A stretch of 64,000 bases of DNA from Bacteroidales bacterium (GTDB lineage: Bacteria > Bacteroidota > Bacteroidia > Bacteroidales > FEN-979). How positions within the stretch are numbered: position 1 is the stretch's first letter; every line of letters starts with the position of its first letter. Where the stretch lies: positions 6,718 to 70,717 of the forward strand of contig JBMOIP010000022.1 of NCBI GenBank assembly GCA_049317265.1. The letters run 5' to 3'. A model generated the notes under the pieces. That model made no database searches. It was not told the origin of the DNA and was given only the letters and a program-made list of their open reading frames with translations. This document shows positions 52,757 to 61,404 of this stretch, in pieces. A program made the position numbers and the translations under genes.

Positions 52757-53577
52757 TGCGAAGGTTTTTATATCTCACCGGCCTTGTCTTTTTTCTGCAC
52801 GGATGCGTGAAAGAGACCACCTGGCCTGTAACTGGCGAAGTGTCTGGAATCCTGGCAGTTGATGGTGTCATCACGGATGAGGTGAAACCGCACAAAGTAA
52901 CACTAACCCATCCCGTGACTGAACTCAACAAATTACCGGAGCCTGTTACCGGAGCAGCGGTACTGCTTAGCAATGAGGATTCCACGTGGCAGCTGGTTGA
53001 ATATCCGCTTAGTTCCGGGGTTTATCAAACGCCTCCCTGGTTTTCTGCCCGGCTTCAGAAAAATTATACCCTGCTGATTTCAACCACGGGAAAGGTGTTT
53101 ACCGCCAAAACCACCATGACCGGAGGCAGCGCATTCAAGGAACTTCGATATTCCCGGAAAGAGGAAAACAACCTCTATTATATCGACTGGGTTGCAAATG
53201 CATTCAGCACCGAACAGGCAGCCATGTGGGAGTTGCTGATCGACTGGTCGATGGTTCCCGGGTATCAGCAACTCGATTCGTTGAACAACCATGCAAGACT
53301 GTTGTTTTATACCTTGCCCACCCTCGATGTCAGTGAGGTTTTTGCACCCAGGATGCAGTCTGTCTACTTTCCTGCAGGTACCATTATTACCGAACGAAGA
53401 TATTCCCTTACGCCACCACATGCTGAATTTATCCGTGAGATGCTGCTTGAGTCGAACTGGAGCGGCGGATTATTTACAGTTGCACCAGCCAATGTCACGA
53501 CCAACCTGAGCGGTGGGGCAGTAGGCTATTTCGGGGCCTGCGCAGTGACGGAACTTTCTGTAAGTGTCAATCCATGA
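52756..53577 (+). CDS. DUF4249-like lipoprotein
   Basis: Lipobox 'FFLHGC'. The TGATG overlap with the receptor gene is the usual partner arrangement. Confidence 0.65.
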   Translation: MRRFLYLTGLVFFLHGCVKETTWPVTGEVSGILAVDGVITDEVKPHKVTLTHPVTELNKLPEPVTGAAVLLSNEDSTWQLVEYPLSSGVYQTPPWFSARLQKNYTLLISTTGKVFTAKTTMTGGSAFKELRYSRKEENNLYYIDWVANAFSTEQAAMWELLIDWSMVPGYQQLDSLNNHARLLFYTLPTLDVSEVFAPRMQSVYFPAGTIITERRYSLTPPHAEFIREMLLESNWSGGLFTVAPANVTTNLSGGAVGYFGACAVTELSVSVNP

Positions 53578-53667
53578 TTTTTTTTTATTCGGCATAAGGG
53601 TATATAAACTTTCGTGTGTATAACCAATAAGAAACCCCAAATATCAACCATTAAAATCTATCCAACC

Positions 53668-54600
53668 ATGAAATCTGCAAACCTGTTTCGCCTCACAATG
53701 CTTGTCTTTGCCATCTTCGGACTCGCTCTGACCGGTTGTAAAAAAGACAAAAACAATGACATTTCAGCCGATTCCTCCTCGCTTCAGCAACTCGCAGGCG
53801 ACGAAGAGTCGTTTGAATCATCCATGGATGAGTCGATGAATGAAGTGAATAACATTCTTTCGGGTGGAAACCTGAAGTCGACCAGCCAGCTTCCATGTAA
53901 TGCCACCATCGATTCTACGGCTACCATCAACGATACGGTCACCATTTACATTACTTATCATGGTGTTAATTGCAACGGCACAAGATATCGTTCGGGCAAA
54001 GTTGAAATTAAAAAGAAAGCAGGTTCCCATTGGTATGAGCAGGGGGCTACGGTGATTGTAAAGCACATTGATTTTACGATTTCAAAGATGTCATCCTCAA
54101 AATCAGTTACATTGAATGGTGTTAAAGTCTATCAGAATGTGAGTGGCGGCCTCATCTGGCAGCTTGGTCCCGAACTCCCCACCATTGTTCACAGAACCTG
54201 GGGCATGGTAAACGTCACATTCAATAGTGACGGGAGCACCAAAACCTGGAATATTGCCCGTCAGAAAACCTTATCCGGCACAGCCCCTTATAACCTGGTG
54301 CTAACTTGCGATGGCTTTGGTTCTGCCGACGGTTATGACAATCTCGTTGTATGGGGGATCAACCGCAAGGGCGAGAATTTCTACTCACAGATCATCGAGC
54401 CGGTTACCCGTTGCCAGGTTTGTGACTGGGACCCTTCAGCAGGGGTAAAGAAGCATTCAATACCTGCTGATTCAAAGAGCGCCACCCTCACCTTTGGTTA
54501 TGACAGGAACAACCAGCCTGTCGGAAATGAGTGTCCTGCCAAATACAAAGTGGACTGGCAAAAAAACAACCATTCAGGAACAGTTTTCCTCTGGCTATAA
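53668..54600 (+). CDS. Hypothetical lipoprotein
   Basis: Start set to 'MKSANLFRLTMLVFAIFGLALTGC' (lipobox). I recognised no family. Confidence 0.55.
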   Translation: MKSANLFRLTMLVFAIFGLALTGCKKDKNNDISADSSSLQQLAGDEESFESSMDESMNEVNNILSGGNLKSTSQLPCNATIDSTATINDTVTIYITYHGVNCNGTRYRSGKVEIKKKAGSHWYEQGATVIVKHIDFTISKMSSSKSVTLNGVKVYQNVSGGLIWQLGPELPTIVHRTWGMVNVTFNSDGSTKTWNIARQKTLSGTAPYNLVLTCDGFGSADGYDNLVVWGINRKGENFYSQIIEPVTRCQVCDWDPSAGVKKHSIPADSKSATLTFGYDRNNQPVGNECPAKYKVDWQKNNHSGTVFLWL

Positions 54601-54621
54601 CCAACCATTTCCTAAGAAAAC

Positions 54622-54659
54622 AAAAGCCGCCCCGGATTCCGGGGCGGCTTTTGTTTTCT
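54622..54659. terminator. Bidirectional rho-independent terminator
   Basis: AAAA-GCCGCCCCGG-ATTC-CCGGGGCGGC-TTTTGTTTT, between convergent genes. Confidence 0.8.
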
Positions 54660-54673
54660 GGTTGAATCAGAGA

Positions 54674-55819
54674 TCAGTCGAAACAACCGATATACCTGGA
54701 AATGACAGTCCGCTGGATCTCGGAGGTGCCCTCGCCGATCTGGAGGAGGCGCTGATCACGGTAAAAGCGTTCGATATCGTAATCCTTCATCAGGCCGTAC
54801 CCGCCATGCAACTGAACGGCTTCATCGGCGACCTCACGTGCAATTTCTGAGCAATAGAGCTTTGCCATGGCAGCCTCTTTGGCATAAGGCTGGTCGTTAG
54901 ATTTAAGCCATGCACCTTTGTAAAGCAGGTTCCGCGCAAGTTCGATCTTGGTGGCCATATCCGCAAGTTTAAAAGCGTTGACCTGGAACTGCGCAATGGG
55001 TTTGCCAAACTGCTTCCGGCTTTTTGCATAGGTCATGGCCATTTCAAAGGCTCCCTGGGCTAATCCGAGTCCCATGGCCCCGATGGCCAGGCGTCCGCTG
55101 TCGAGCGTGCCCAACATGATTTTCGACCCTTCGCCACGTTTGCCTAAAATATTCGTAACCGGAACCCTGCAGTCGTCGAAGAACAGCTGTGCAGTATCCG
55201 AAGCACGCCACATCATCTTGCCATGCATGGGTACCCGCTTAAAACCGGGAGTGTCGGCATCCACCAGGATGGTTGAAAACTCCTTCCGGCCATTCGCTTC
55301 ATCAGAAACCACCTGAACAGTTGCCCCTATGTTAATCGGCGAGGCACCGTTGGTGATGAATATCTTGGATCCATTGATAACCCAGTGGTCTCCGTCAAGC
55401 CTGGCGGTGGTTTTAGTGGCCCTGGAGTCACTCCCGGCATCGGGTTCCGTGAGGCCAAAGGCCCAAAGTGCATCACCGGTGGAGAGCATGGGGAGATATT
55501 TCTGTTTTTGTTCTGCCGTTCCGTAGTTCAGAATCGGGCCAATGCCCAGCGATATATGGGCCGCCAGGGTGGCTGCCTGGGAACTGTCAACACGCGCAAG
55601 TTCCTCCACAGCAATTACATAGGCAAGTGTGTCCATGTCAATTCCGCCGAACTCCTGGGGTGTTCGCAACCCAAAAAATCCCAGTTCACCCATTCTTTTG
55701 GTCAGCTGAATGGAAAATTCAGCTTTTTCATCGAGTTCCTGTGCAACCGGTTTTACCTCCCGCTCGGCATAATCGCGCACCGTCTTGCGAATCATGTTGT
55801 GTTCTTCAGTCAAATACAT
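54674..55819 (-). CDS. Acyl-CoA dehydrogenase (isovaleryl-CoA dehydrogenase by context)
   Basis: ACAD N/M/C domains ('GLTEPDAGSD', 'IGEGTSEIQR'). It is the last gene of the liu-type operon. Confidence 0.8.
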   Translation of the reverse strand: MYLTEEHNMIRKTVRDYAEREVKPVAQELDEKAEFSIQLTKRMGELGFFGLRTPQEFGGIDMDTLAYVIAVEELARVDSSQAATLAAHISLGIGPILNYGTAEQKQKYLPMLSTGDALWAFGLTEPDAGSDSRATKTTARLDGDHWVINGSKIFITNGASPINIGATVQVVSDEANGRKEFSTILVDADTPGFKRVPMHGKMMWRASDTAQLFFDDCRVPVTNILGKRGEGSKIMLGTLDSGRLAIGAMGLGLAQGAFEMAMTYAKSRKQFGKPIAQFQVNAFKLADMATKIELARNLLYKGAWLKSNDQPYAKEAAMAKLYCSEIAREVADEAVQLHGGYGLMKDYDIERFYRDQRLLQIGEGTSEIQRTVISRYIGCFD

Positions 55820-55890
55820 GGTCTTGCTATTTAAAATTGTTTATAAATTCGTTATTCAAAATTCGTTGTTCAATATTCAATATTCAATAT

Positions 55891-56739
55891 TCATTTTAAT
55901 ACCTCATCCGCCAGTACCAACGCATCTTTAAATCTCTCAAAATTAAACTCCTTCCAAAGCTTACCCATCCCTGTAAATTCCACCAGATTTTCAGTTTTCA
56001 GATTCCCAAGCAGCTCCTTCCCAGCCATCGGGCACCCCCCCATACCATTAATTACACCGTCAAACCGCCGGCATCCGGCATCATATGCAGCCGCGGTTTT
56101 TTCACGCCATCCCTGGTTTGAAGTATGAAGATGAAGACCAAATTCCACATCAGGGAAGAAAGGGATAAGGCTTGAAAATACTTTAGAAATAAGTTCAGGT
56201 TCAATCTCCATCGAAACGTTTGATAACGGAATAATCCTCACGCCGGCCTGGTAAAGCTTAGAAACCGATTCTACAAGAATATCAAGGTTCCAGGGATCGC
56301 CATAAGGATTTCCAAAAGCCATTGAAATATAAATGACTGCCTGTTTACCTTTGGCATGACAAAGGTTGATGACATACTCCGCCGTATCAAACGATTTTTG
56401 AACTGTGGTGTTAACGTTCAGCTTTAAAAATGCCGGTGAAAATGAAAAAGGGTAGGAGATATGGGTGATTTCATCTCTTCCGGCAAGAAGGTCGGCTCCG
56501 CGGTTATTTACACAGAGAAACATCAGGTTTGTGGTGGTGCCGGCCAGATCAAGACTGTTCAGTACATCAAGAGAATCAGCCATTTGAGGAATTAACTGAG
56601 GAGATACGATGCTTCCGATCTCCACGGTATCAAATCCTACCCTGAGAAGTTGGTTGATATACCGGACCTTCTCCCGGGTGGGAATGATACGGGAAAACCC
56701 CTGCATTCCTTCACGCGGCGATTCAATGATCTTCATCAT
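55891..56739 (-). CDS. HMG-CoA-lyase-like DRE-TIM protein (282 aa)
   Basis: 'ESPREGMQG' (variant of the RDGLQ motif), 'LHLHT' and 'GMGGCP'. Confidence 0.7.
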   Translation of the reverse strand: MMKIIESPREGMQGFSRIIPTREKVRYINQLLRVGFDTVEIGSIVSPQLIPQMADSLDVLNSLDLAGTTTNLMFLCVNNRGADLLAGRDEITHISYPFSFSPAFLKLNVNTTVQKSFDTAEYVINLCHAKGKQAVIYISMAFGNPYGDPWNLDILVESVSKLYQAGVRIIPLSNVSMEIEPELISKVFSSLIPFFPDVEFGLHLHTSNQGWREKTAAAYDAGCRRFDGVINGMGGCPMAGKELLGNLKTENLVEFTGMGKLWKEFNFERFKDALVLADEVLK

Positions 56740-57746
56740 CCTTTTCCGGTTAGTGATTTGGGGATCCTTCCGTTCCGGATCGATTCCGACCTAAGCCGCC
56801 GGCCAACAATCCGCTCAACCATTGATCCGATCTCAAGCACTTTGTCAACATCGAGCTGGGTGTCGATGCCCATTTCATCCATCATCACAACCATGTCTTC
56901 TGTTGAAACTAGTCCAACGAGGTTAGGGTCCTTGTAGTAGTAACTACCTGTTCCAGAGACAGGTACGCCGCTGACGAAGTTTGCCGGCTGTCCCCCGATG
57001 CCCCCCATGGTCGATTCATAGTTGACCATTCCTGCCTGGAGCGCGGCCAGCACATTGGCAAGACCCCATCCCCTGGTGGTGTGGAAATGAACGATCTGTT
57101 TTTCTACCCTTACGCCTGAATCGAGCAACATGGAGTAATACCTGTAAACCCGGTCGGGTGAGGCTGATCCGTCATGGTCGGCGTGTTCCACGTCGTTCAC
57201 GCCGATGTCGAGCCACCGCTTGGTGAATTCAATGGCCTTCTCCATTTTGGTGGGTCCTTCGATCGGACAACCCCAGATGGTGCTGACTGTGCCATTCACT
57301 TTGAGGCCGGCCTCACGGGCCAGCGGGATGTATTTTTCCGCCATTTTCCAGTAATCATCAAGGCTGAGGCCCGAATTTTTCCGGTGATGCGATTCACTCG
57401 TCGATACCATCAACAGGATCCGGTCCGGGCCCCAGCCCTCTCTCCTCGCCTGGATAGCCCGTTCAATGGCCTTTTCACGGATCGTGATGGCAGTGACGGA
57501 GACTTTATCCATGAGGGGCGCCACCACTTTGCTGGCACGGATGCGCTTCAGCACTTCGTCAGCATCCTTGAATTGAGGCATTCCCGATGGATTGCCGAGG
57601 TTTGTCACTTCGATATGCCGGAACCCGGCAAGTACCAGCTGCTCAGCCAGCCATACCTTGGCATCGGTGGGAATAAAGGTCTCCTCATGTTGAAATCCAT
57701 CCCTGACAGTGATGTCTCCTATGGTTACTTTCTTTGGATAATTCAT
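56736..57746 (-). CDS. HMGL-like DRE-TIM metallolyase paralogue (336 aa)
   Basis: 'ITVRDGFQHE', 'VHFHTTRGWGLANVLAALQAG' and 'GGIGGQP'. An ATGA overlap joins it to the next gene. Confidence 0.7.
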   Translation of the reverse strand: MNYPKKVTIGDITVRDGFQHEETFIPTDAKVWLAEQLVLAGFRHIEVTNLGNPSGMPQFKDADEVLKRIRASKVVAPLMDKVSVTAITIREKAIERAIQARREGWGPDRILLMVSTSESHHRKNSGLSLDDYWKMAEKYIPLAREAGLKVNGTVSTIWGCPIEGPTKMEKAIEFTKRWLDIGVNDVEHADHDGSASPDRVYRYYSMLLDSGVRVEKQIVHFHTTRGWGLANVLAALQAGMVNYESTMGGIGGQPANFVSGVPVSGTGSYYYKDPNLVGLVSTEDMVVMMDEMGIDTQLDVDKVLEIGSMVERIVGRRLRSESIRNGRIPKSLTGKG

Positions 57747-57791
57747 AGCAAATCAATTAAATACAACAATTAAACAATTTTCAAACGGTCA

Positions 57792-59801
57792 CTAGGCCTG
57801 ATCTACAAATTCCACCAGCACGGTACTGCTTTCCACCCGGTCATTGACAGCCACATTGATCGCCTTGATGGAAGCATCCCTGGGTGAAACAATCAGGTTT
57901 TCCATCTTCATCGCTTCAATGATTAGAAGGGGATCTCCTTTTTTTACAGTATCGCCTGCTTTGATATGGATCCGGATCACCTTCCCGGGCATGGGCGAGG
58001 TGACATGGTTGCTGTCGTTTCCGTGGGTGTCGAACCCGGAGGCAAAGACAGACTCGGCCAGGATATCGTGACGCTTAAGCTGGAAAATATGACCGCCTGT
58101 ACTCACATAGGCCAGGTTATCAGCATTCTCTGAGATCCAGGCTGTGTAGTGATGCTGGCTGATGGTGAACTCCGTTTTGTTTGCGCCACCCGAAACAGGT
58201 GTGGCATGGTATTGAACTCCGTCTATTTCAAAAATATAATGATTATCAGAATACCCGTGCACTTTCACGGTGATTTCAGCCTCTTCAAATTTCAGCCTGA
58301 GGTTCATCAGGTTTCGCCAATAACCTATGGTCTCCCAGATATTGGGTTTACTGCAACATGATGTGTCTGTTTGCAGGTTGGGTTTCAGGGTGAACATCAG
58401 GTACCCGATAATGGGAACGTGGATGGGAATCTGGCTTTTATCGGCCAGGATCTCTGTCGCAAGAGCAGAAGTATGTTCATCGCAGAACTTGGTGGAGATG
58501 CTATTGGCATTGAATGCTTCACTCTGCAGCAACTTGACCAGGTAGGTGATGTTTGTGTTGATTCCGTGAATGATATAATCGTTGAGGGCCTGCAACATCA
58601 AAAGTGTGGCTTCATTGCGGTCTTTTCCCCAAACAACCAGTTTGCAGATCATCGGGTCAAAGGAGCTCTTGATCTCGGTTTTGGCTGTAATGCCTGTATC
58701 TATCCGGAGCCCCGGAAATTCAGGTTCCTTGTAAAAGGTCATTTTTCCCGGGGATGGCTGGAAATTGCTTGCCGGGTCCTCTGCATAGATGCGGCATTCG
58801 ATGGCGTGGCCATTCTGGCGGACATCTTCAGCCTTAATTCTGAGAGGGAGCCCGGCTGCCACATGAATCTGCTCCTCTACCAGGTCGATACCCGTTACCA
58901 TTTCAGTCACAGGATGTTCCACCTGGATCCGGGTGTTCATCTCCAGGAAGTAAAAGTTAAGGTCCTTGTCCACGAGAAATTCGATGGTCCCGGCATTGTT
59001 ATACCCGATCGCTTTCCCGATGGCCACCGCTGCCTCTCCCATTTTTTTCCTGACATCGGGTGTAAGGGTCGGAGAGGGCGACTCTTCAATAATTTTCTGA
59101 TACCGACGCTGGATAGAGCATTCGCGTTCAAACAGGTGGACGACATTCCCAAAGTTATCGCCCAGGATCTGAACTTCGATATGGCGCGGCTCTTCGATAA
59201 ACTTTTCGATGTAGACCGTTTCATCGCCGAAATAGGCTTTTGCCTGCCGGCTGGTCGATTCGAGGGCTTCTGCAAGCTCTTTCTCTTCATAAACGATGCG
59301 CATGCCCTTGCCACCACCGCCTGCTGCAGCTTTAAGCAACACAGGGAACCCGATCTGGTGGGCAGTTTTCTCCAGCTCCTCCCTGGACCCGGTCACGCCT
59401 TCAGTCATCGGGATGTTGATTTTCTTCACAAATGCCCGGGCTTCGATCTTGTTTCCCATGATCCTCATCGCCTCAGGCCGCGGACCGATAAAGATGATCC
59501 CTGCATCCACGCAGGCTGCCACAAAAAGGGGATTTTCTGCCAGGAAACCATATCCCGGGTGGATGGCATCACAACCACTTTTTTTGGCCACCTCAATGAT
59601 CTTTGGGATGTTGAGATAGGTTTCGCTGAGTTCGACCTCACCAATGCACCAGGCTTCATCGGCCATGGTCACATGAAGGGAGTCTGCATCGATCCTAGAA
59701 TAGATGGAGACGGTCTTTATCCCGAGTTTCCGGGCGGTCCGGATGACACGAACGGCGATTTCGCCGCGGTTTGCAATGAGTATTTTGTGAATCACGTTCA
59801 T
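57792..59801 (-). CDS. Biotin carboxylase + BCCP subunit (methylcrotonyl-CoA carboxylase alpha by context)
   Basis: 'ILIANRGEIAVRVIRT', an ATP-grasp domain and the C-terminal biotinylation motif 'IIEAMKMEN'. Confidence 0.85.
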   Translation of the reverse strand: MNVIHKILIANRGEIAVRVIRTARKLGIKTVSIYSRIDADSLHVTMADEAWCIGEVELSETYLNIPKIIEVAKKSGCDAIHPGYGFLAENPLFVAACVDAGIIFIGPRPEAMRIMGNKIEARAFVKKINIPMTEGVTGSREELEKTAHQIGFPVLLKAAAGGGGKGMRIVYEEKELAEALESTSRQAKAYFGDETVYIEKFIEEPRHIEVQILGDNFGNVVHLFERECSIQRRYQKIIEESPSPTLTPDVRKKMGEAAVAIGKAIGYNNAGTIEFLVDKDLNFYFLEMNTRIQVEHPVTEMVTGIDLVEEQIHVAAGLPLRIKAEDVRQNGHAIECRIYAEDPASNFQPSPGKMTFYKEPEFPGLRIDTGITAKTEIKSSFDPMICKLVVWGKDRNEATLLMLQALNDYIIHGINTNITYLVKLLQSEAFNANSISTKFCDEHTSALATEILADKSQIPIHVPIIGYLMFTLKPNLQTDTSCCSKPNIWETIGYWRNLMNLRLKFEEAEITVKVHGYSDNHYIFEIDGVQYHATPVSGGANKTEFTISQHHYTAWISENADNLAYVSTGGHIFQLKRHDILAESVFASGFDTHGNDSNHVTSPMPGKVIRIHIKAGDTVKKGDPLLIIEAMKMENLIVSPRDASIKAINVAVNDRVESSTVLVEFVDQA

Positions 59802-59802
59802 A

Positions 59803-60585
59803 TTATTTCACCCAGTTCGGTTTTCTTTTTTCCAGAAATGCATTCATCCCCTCCTGGCCTTCTTCAGACGCCCTGATCTCAGCGATCATCCGGGCGGTAT
59901 AGTCATATGCCTCCATCAGGGTAAGGCTGTTCGATACATCATGAATCAGTGTTTTGCACTGGCTCATGGCTTTGGGGCCGCTTGTCCTCAGAAGGGCGAT
60001 CACCTCTCCGAGCGTTTCGTCAAGTTTATCGGTAGGAACAGACTTGTTAACCAGCCTGAAATGTTCAGCCTCTTTTCCTTTGATACGCCGGCCGGTGAGC
60101 ATCAGTTCTTTGGCGCCGTATTCGCCAACCCGCTTAATGACATAAGGCGAGATGCAGGCAGGAACAATACCGATTTTAACTTCACTGAGCGAAAATGTCG
60201 CATCATCGGTGCAGTAGGCCAGGTCGCAGGCTGAAAGCAGCCCGTTTGCCCCGCCAAGCGCAACCCCATGTACTACGGCGAGGGTGGGTTTTGGGCAGTT
60301 GTAGATTGTAAGGAAACACTTTGAAAGCAGGAGGCTTTCGGTGTAATTCTGGTCATAGCTGTTCAGGGAAACTGATTTCATCCAGTTCAGGTCGACCCCG
60401 GCGCAGAAGGACTTGCCCCTTCCCCGCAGAATTACACAAACTACGGATGGGTCAATCGTTTCCATGCAATTTGTCAACTCGCGAAGCATCGTCTCATCAA
60501 ATGCGTTGTGTAAATCCGGCCGGTTCAGCCAGATGGTCAGCACTCCCTGGTCGTGGGTTAATTCTATGGTTGTGAATTGGGTCAT
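59803..60585 (-). CDS. Enoyl-CoA hydratase (methylglutaconyl-CoA hydratase by context)
   Basis: Crotonase fold: 'FCAGVDL' and 'VHGVALGGANGL'. Confidence 0.8.
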   Translation of the reverse strand: MTQFTTIELTHDQGVLTIWLNRPDLHNAFDETMLRELTNCMETIDPSVVCVILRGRGKSFCAGVDLNWMKSVSLNSYDQNYTESLLLSKCFLTIYNCPKPTLAVVHGVALGGANGLLSACDLAYCTDDATFSLSEVKIGIVPACISPYVIKRVGEYGAKELMLTGRRIKGKEAEHFRLVNKSVPTDKLDETLGEVIALLRTSGPKAMSQCKTLIHDVSNSLTLMEAYDYTARMIAEIRASEEGQEGMNAFLEKRKPNWVK

Positions 60586-60838
60586 ATGTCGATGTTAAAA
60601 ATTATTTGGTTAAAGCCAATTCTGTTATTGCCATCTTTTCTATCCAACAGCTGAAGCTGTTGGCAATTGATGTTTGGTTCCAAAGTTGGTTTTTCCAGAT
60701 GATTATTACTCCCTGATTCTGTGCCAACTCCATTGTTTTAATATGGGTCATGTGTTAATTTAAAATTCATTTGGCTAAAGCCAATTCTGTTATTGCCATC
60801 TTTCCTAGCCAACAGCTGAAGCTGTTGGCAATTGATGT
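60579..60838. repeat. 166-bp-offset tandem duplication (copies 60579-60673 and 60745-60838), each with two REP hairpins
   Basis: Both copies read 'gggtcat(a/g)tg...tttgg(t/c)taaagccaattctgttattgccatctt...ccaacagctgaagctgttggcaattgatgt'. Confidence 0.85.
60686..60751 (-). pseudogene. Decayed 5' fragment of an enoyl-CoA hydratase gene
   Basis: Minus-strand translation from ATG 60751 gives MTHIKTMELAQNQGVIIIWKNQ, against MTQFTTIELTHDQGVLTIWLNR for the intact gene (11/22 identical). The frame then runs into the REP sequence. Confidence 0.55.
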
Positions 60839-60871
60839 CCATGTTTCAAAGGCTGTTCCAAGATTGAATTA

Positions 60872-60939
60872 CCTCCAGCATCAATTGCCTCCAGCATCAA
60901 TTGCCTCCAGCATCAATTGCCTCCAGCTTTAGCTGGAGG
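60872..60939. repeat. 3 x 16-bp tandem CCTCCAGCATCAATTG followed by hairpin CCTCCAGC-TTTA-GCTGGAGG
   Basis: Read directly. Units occupy 60872-60887, 60888-60903 and 60904-60919; the hairpin occupies 60920-60939. Confidence 0.9.
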
Positions 60940-60966
60940 AAGGAGGATTCAATGATAGCTTTGGCT

Positions 60967-61401
60967 TTAGCCAAATTTCTGAAAGCCATATTTGCTGATA
61001 AATGCATCAAATTCATTTTGAAAAGTTGTTTGTTTATGATGTTCTTCCTGATTTTTAATATATTCCCTGACCTGTTCAAGAGCAGAAAATCCAACTGAAA
61101 CTGCATAATATTCATCCTGCCATTCAAATTTTCCACTACAAAGGTTATGTTTGTTAATATAGAAGGAAGATTCTCCTTTTACTAGTTGCATTACTTTACT
61201 CATTGTCTGATCTGTTCCCAGGGAAATAAGGCAATGGCAATGGTCGGCATAGCCATTGATAAAATTGATGAAAATACTTTTCTCTTTGGCATTTTCACGA
61301 ATGTGCTGCCAAACCTGTTGCCTGATTTCCGTTGTTGACAGCATATTCTGCCGATTCTTCGTCGACCATACAAAATGAATATATACTTTTATGAATGGCA
61401 T
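60967..61401 (-). CDS. REP-associated tyrosine transposase (second, diverged copy)
   Basis: 'YIHFVWSTKNRQ', the HUH motif 'HCHCLISL' and 'REYIKNQEEHH'. About half the residues match the copy at 20273. Its stop codon lies in the loop of hairpin TTTGGC-TTTA-GCCAAA (60960-60975). Confidence 0.85.
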   Translation of the reverse strand: MPFIKVYIHFVWSTKNRQNMLSTTEIRQQVWQHIRENAKEKSIFINFINGYADHCHCLISLGTDQTMSKVMQLVKGESSFYINKHNLCSGKFEWQDEYYAVSVGFSALEQVREYIKNQEEHHKQTTFQNEFDAFISKYGFQKFG

Positions 61402-61404
61402 GAT

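Noticed and set aside
58371-59876. 501-aa ORF antisense to the biotin carboxylase gene, and similar long shadow ORFs at 25586-26491, 43233-44036, 18003-18671, 33564-34208 and 34424-34978
   Set aside because: Each lies entirely within a strongly supported gene on the other strand. Their composition is low-complexity and Arg/Gly/His-rich, with no recognisable motifs. These are typical antisense open frames of codon-biased genes.
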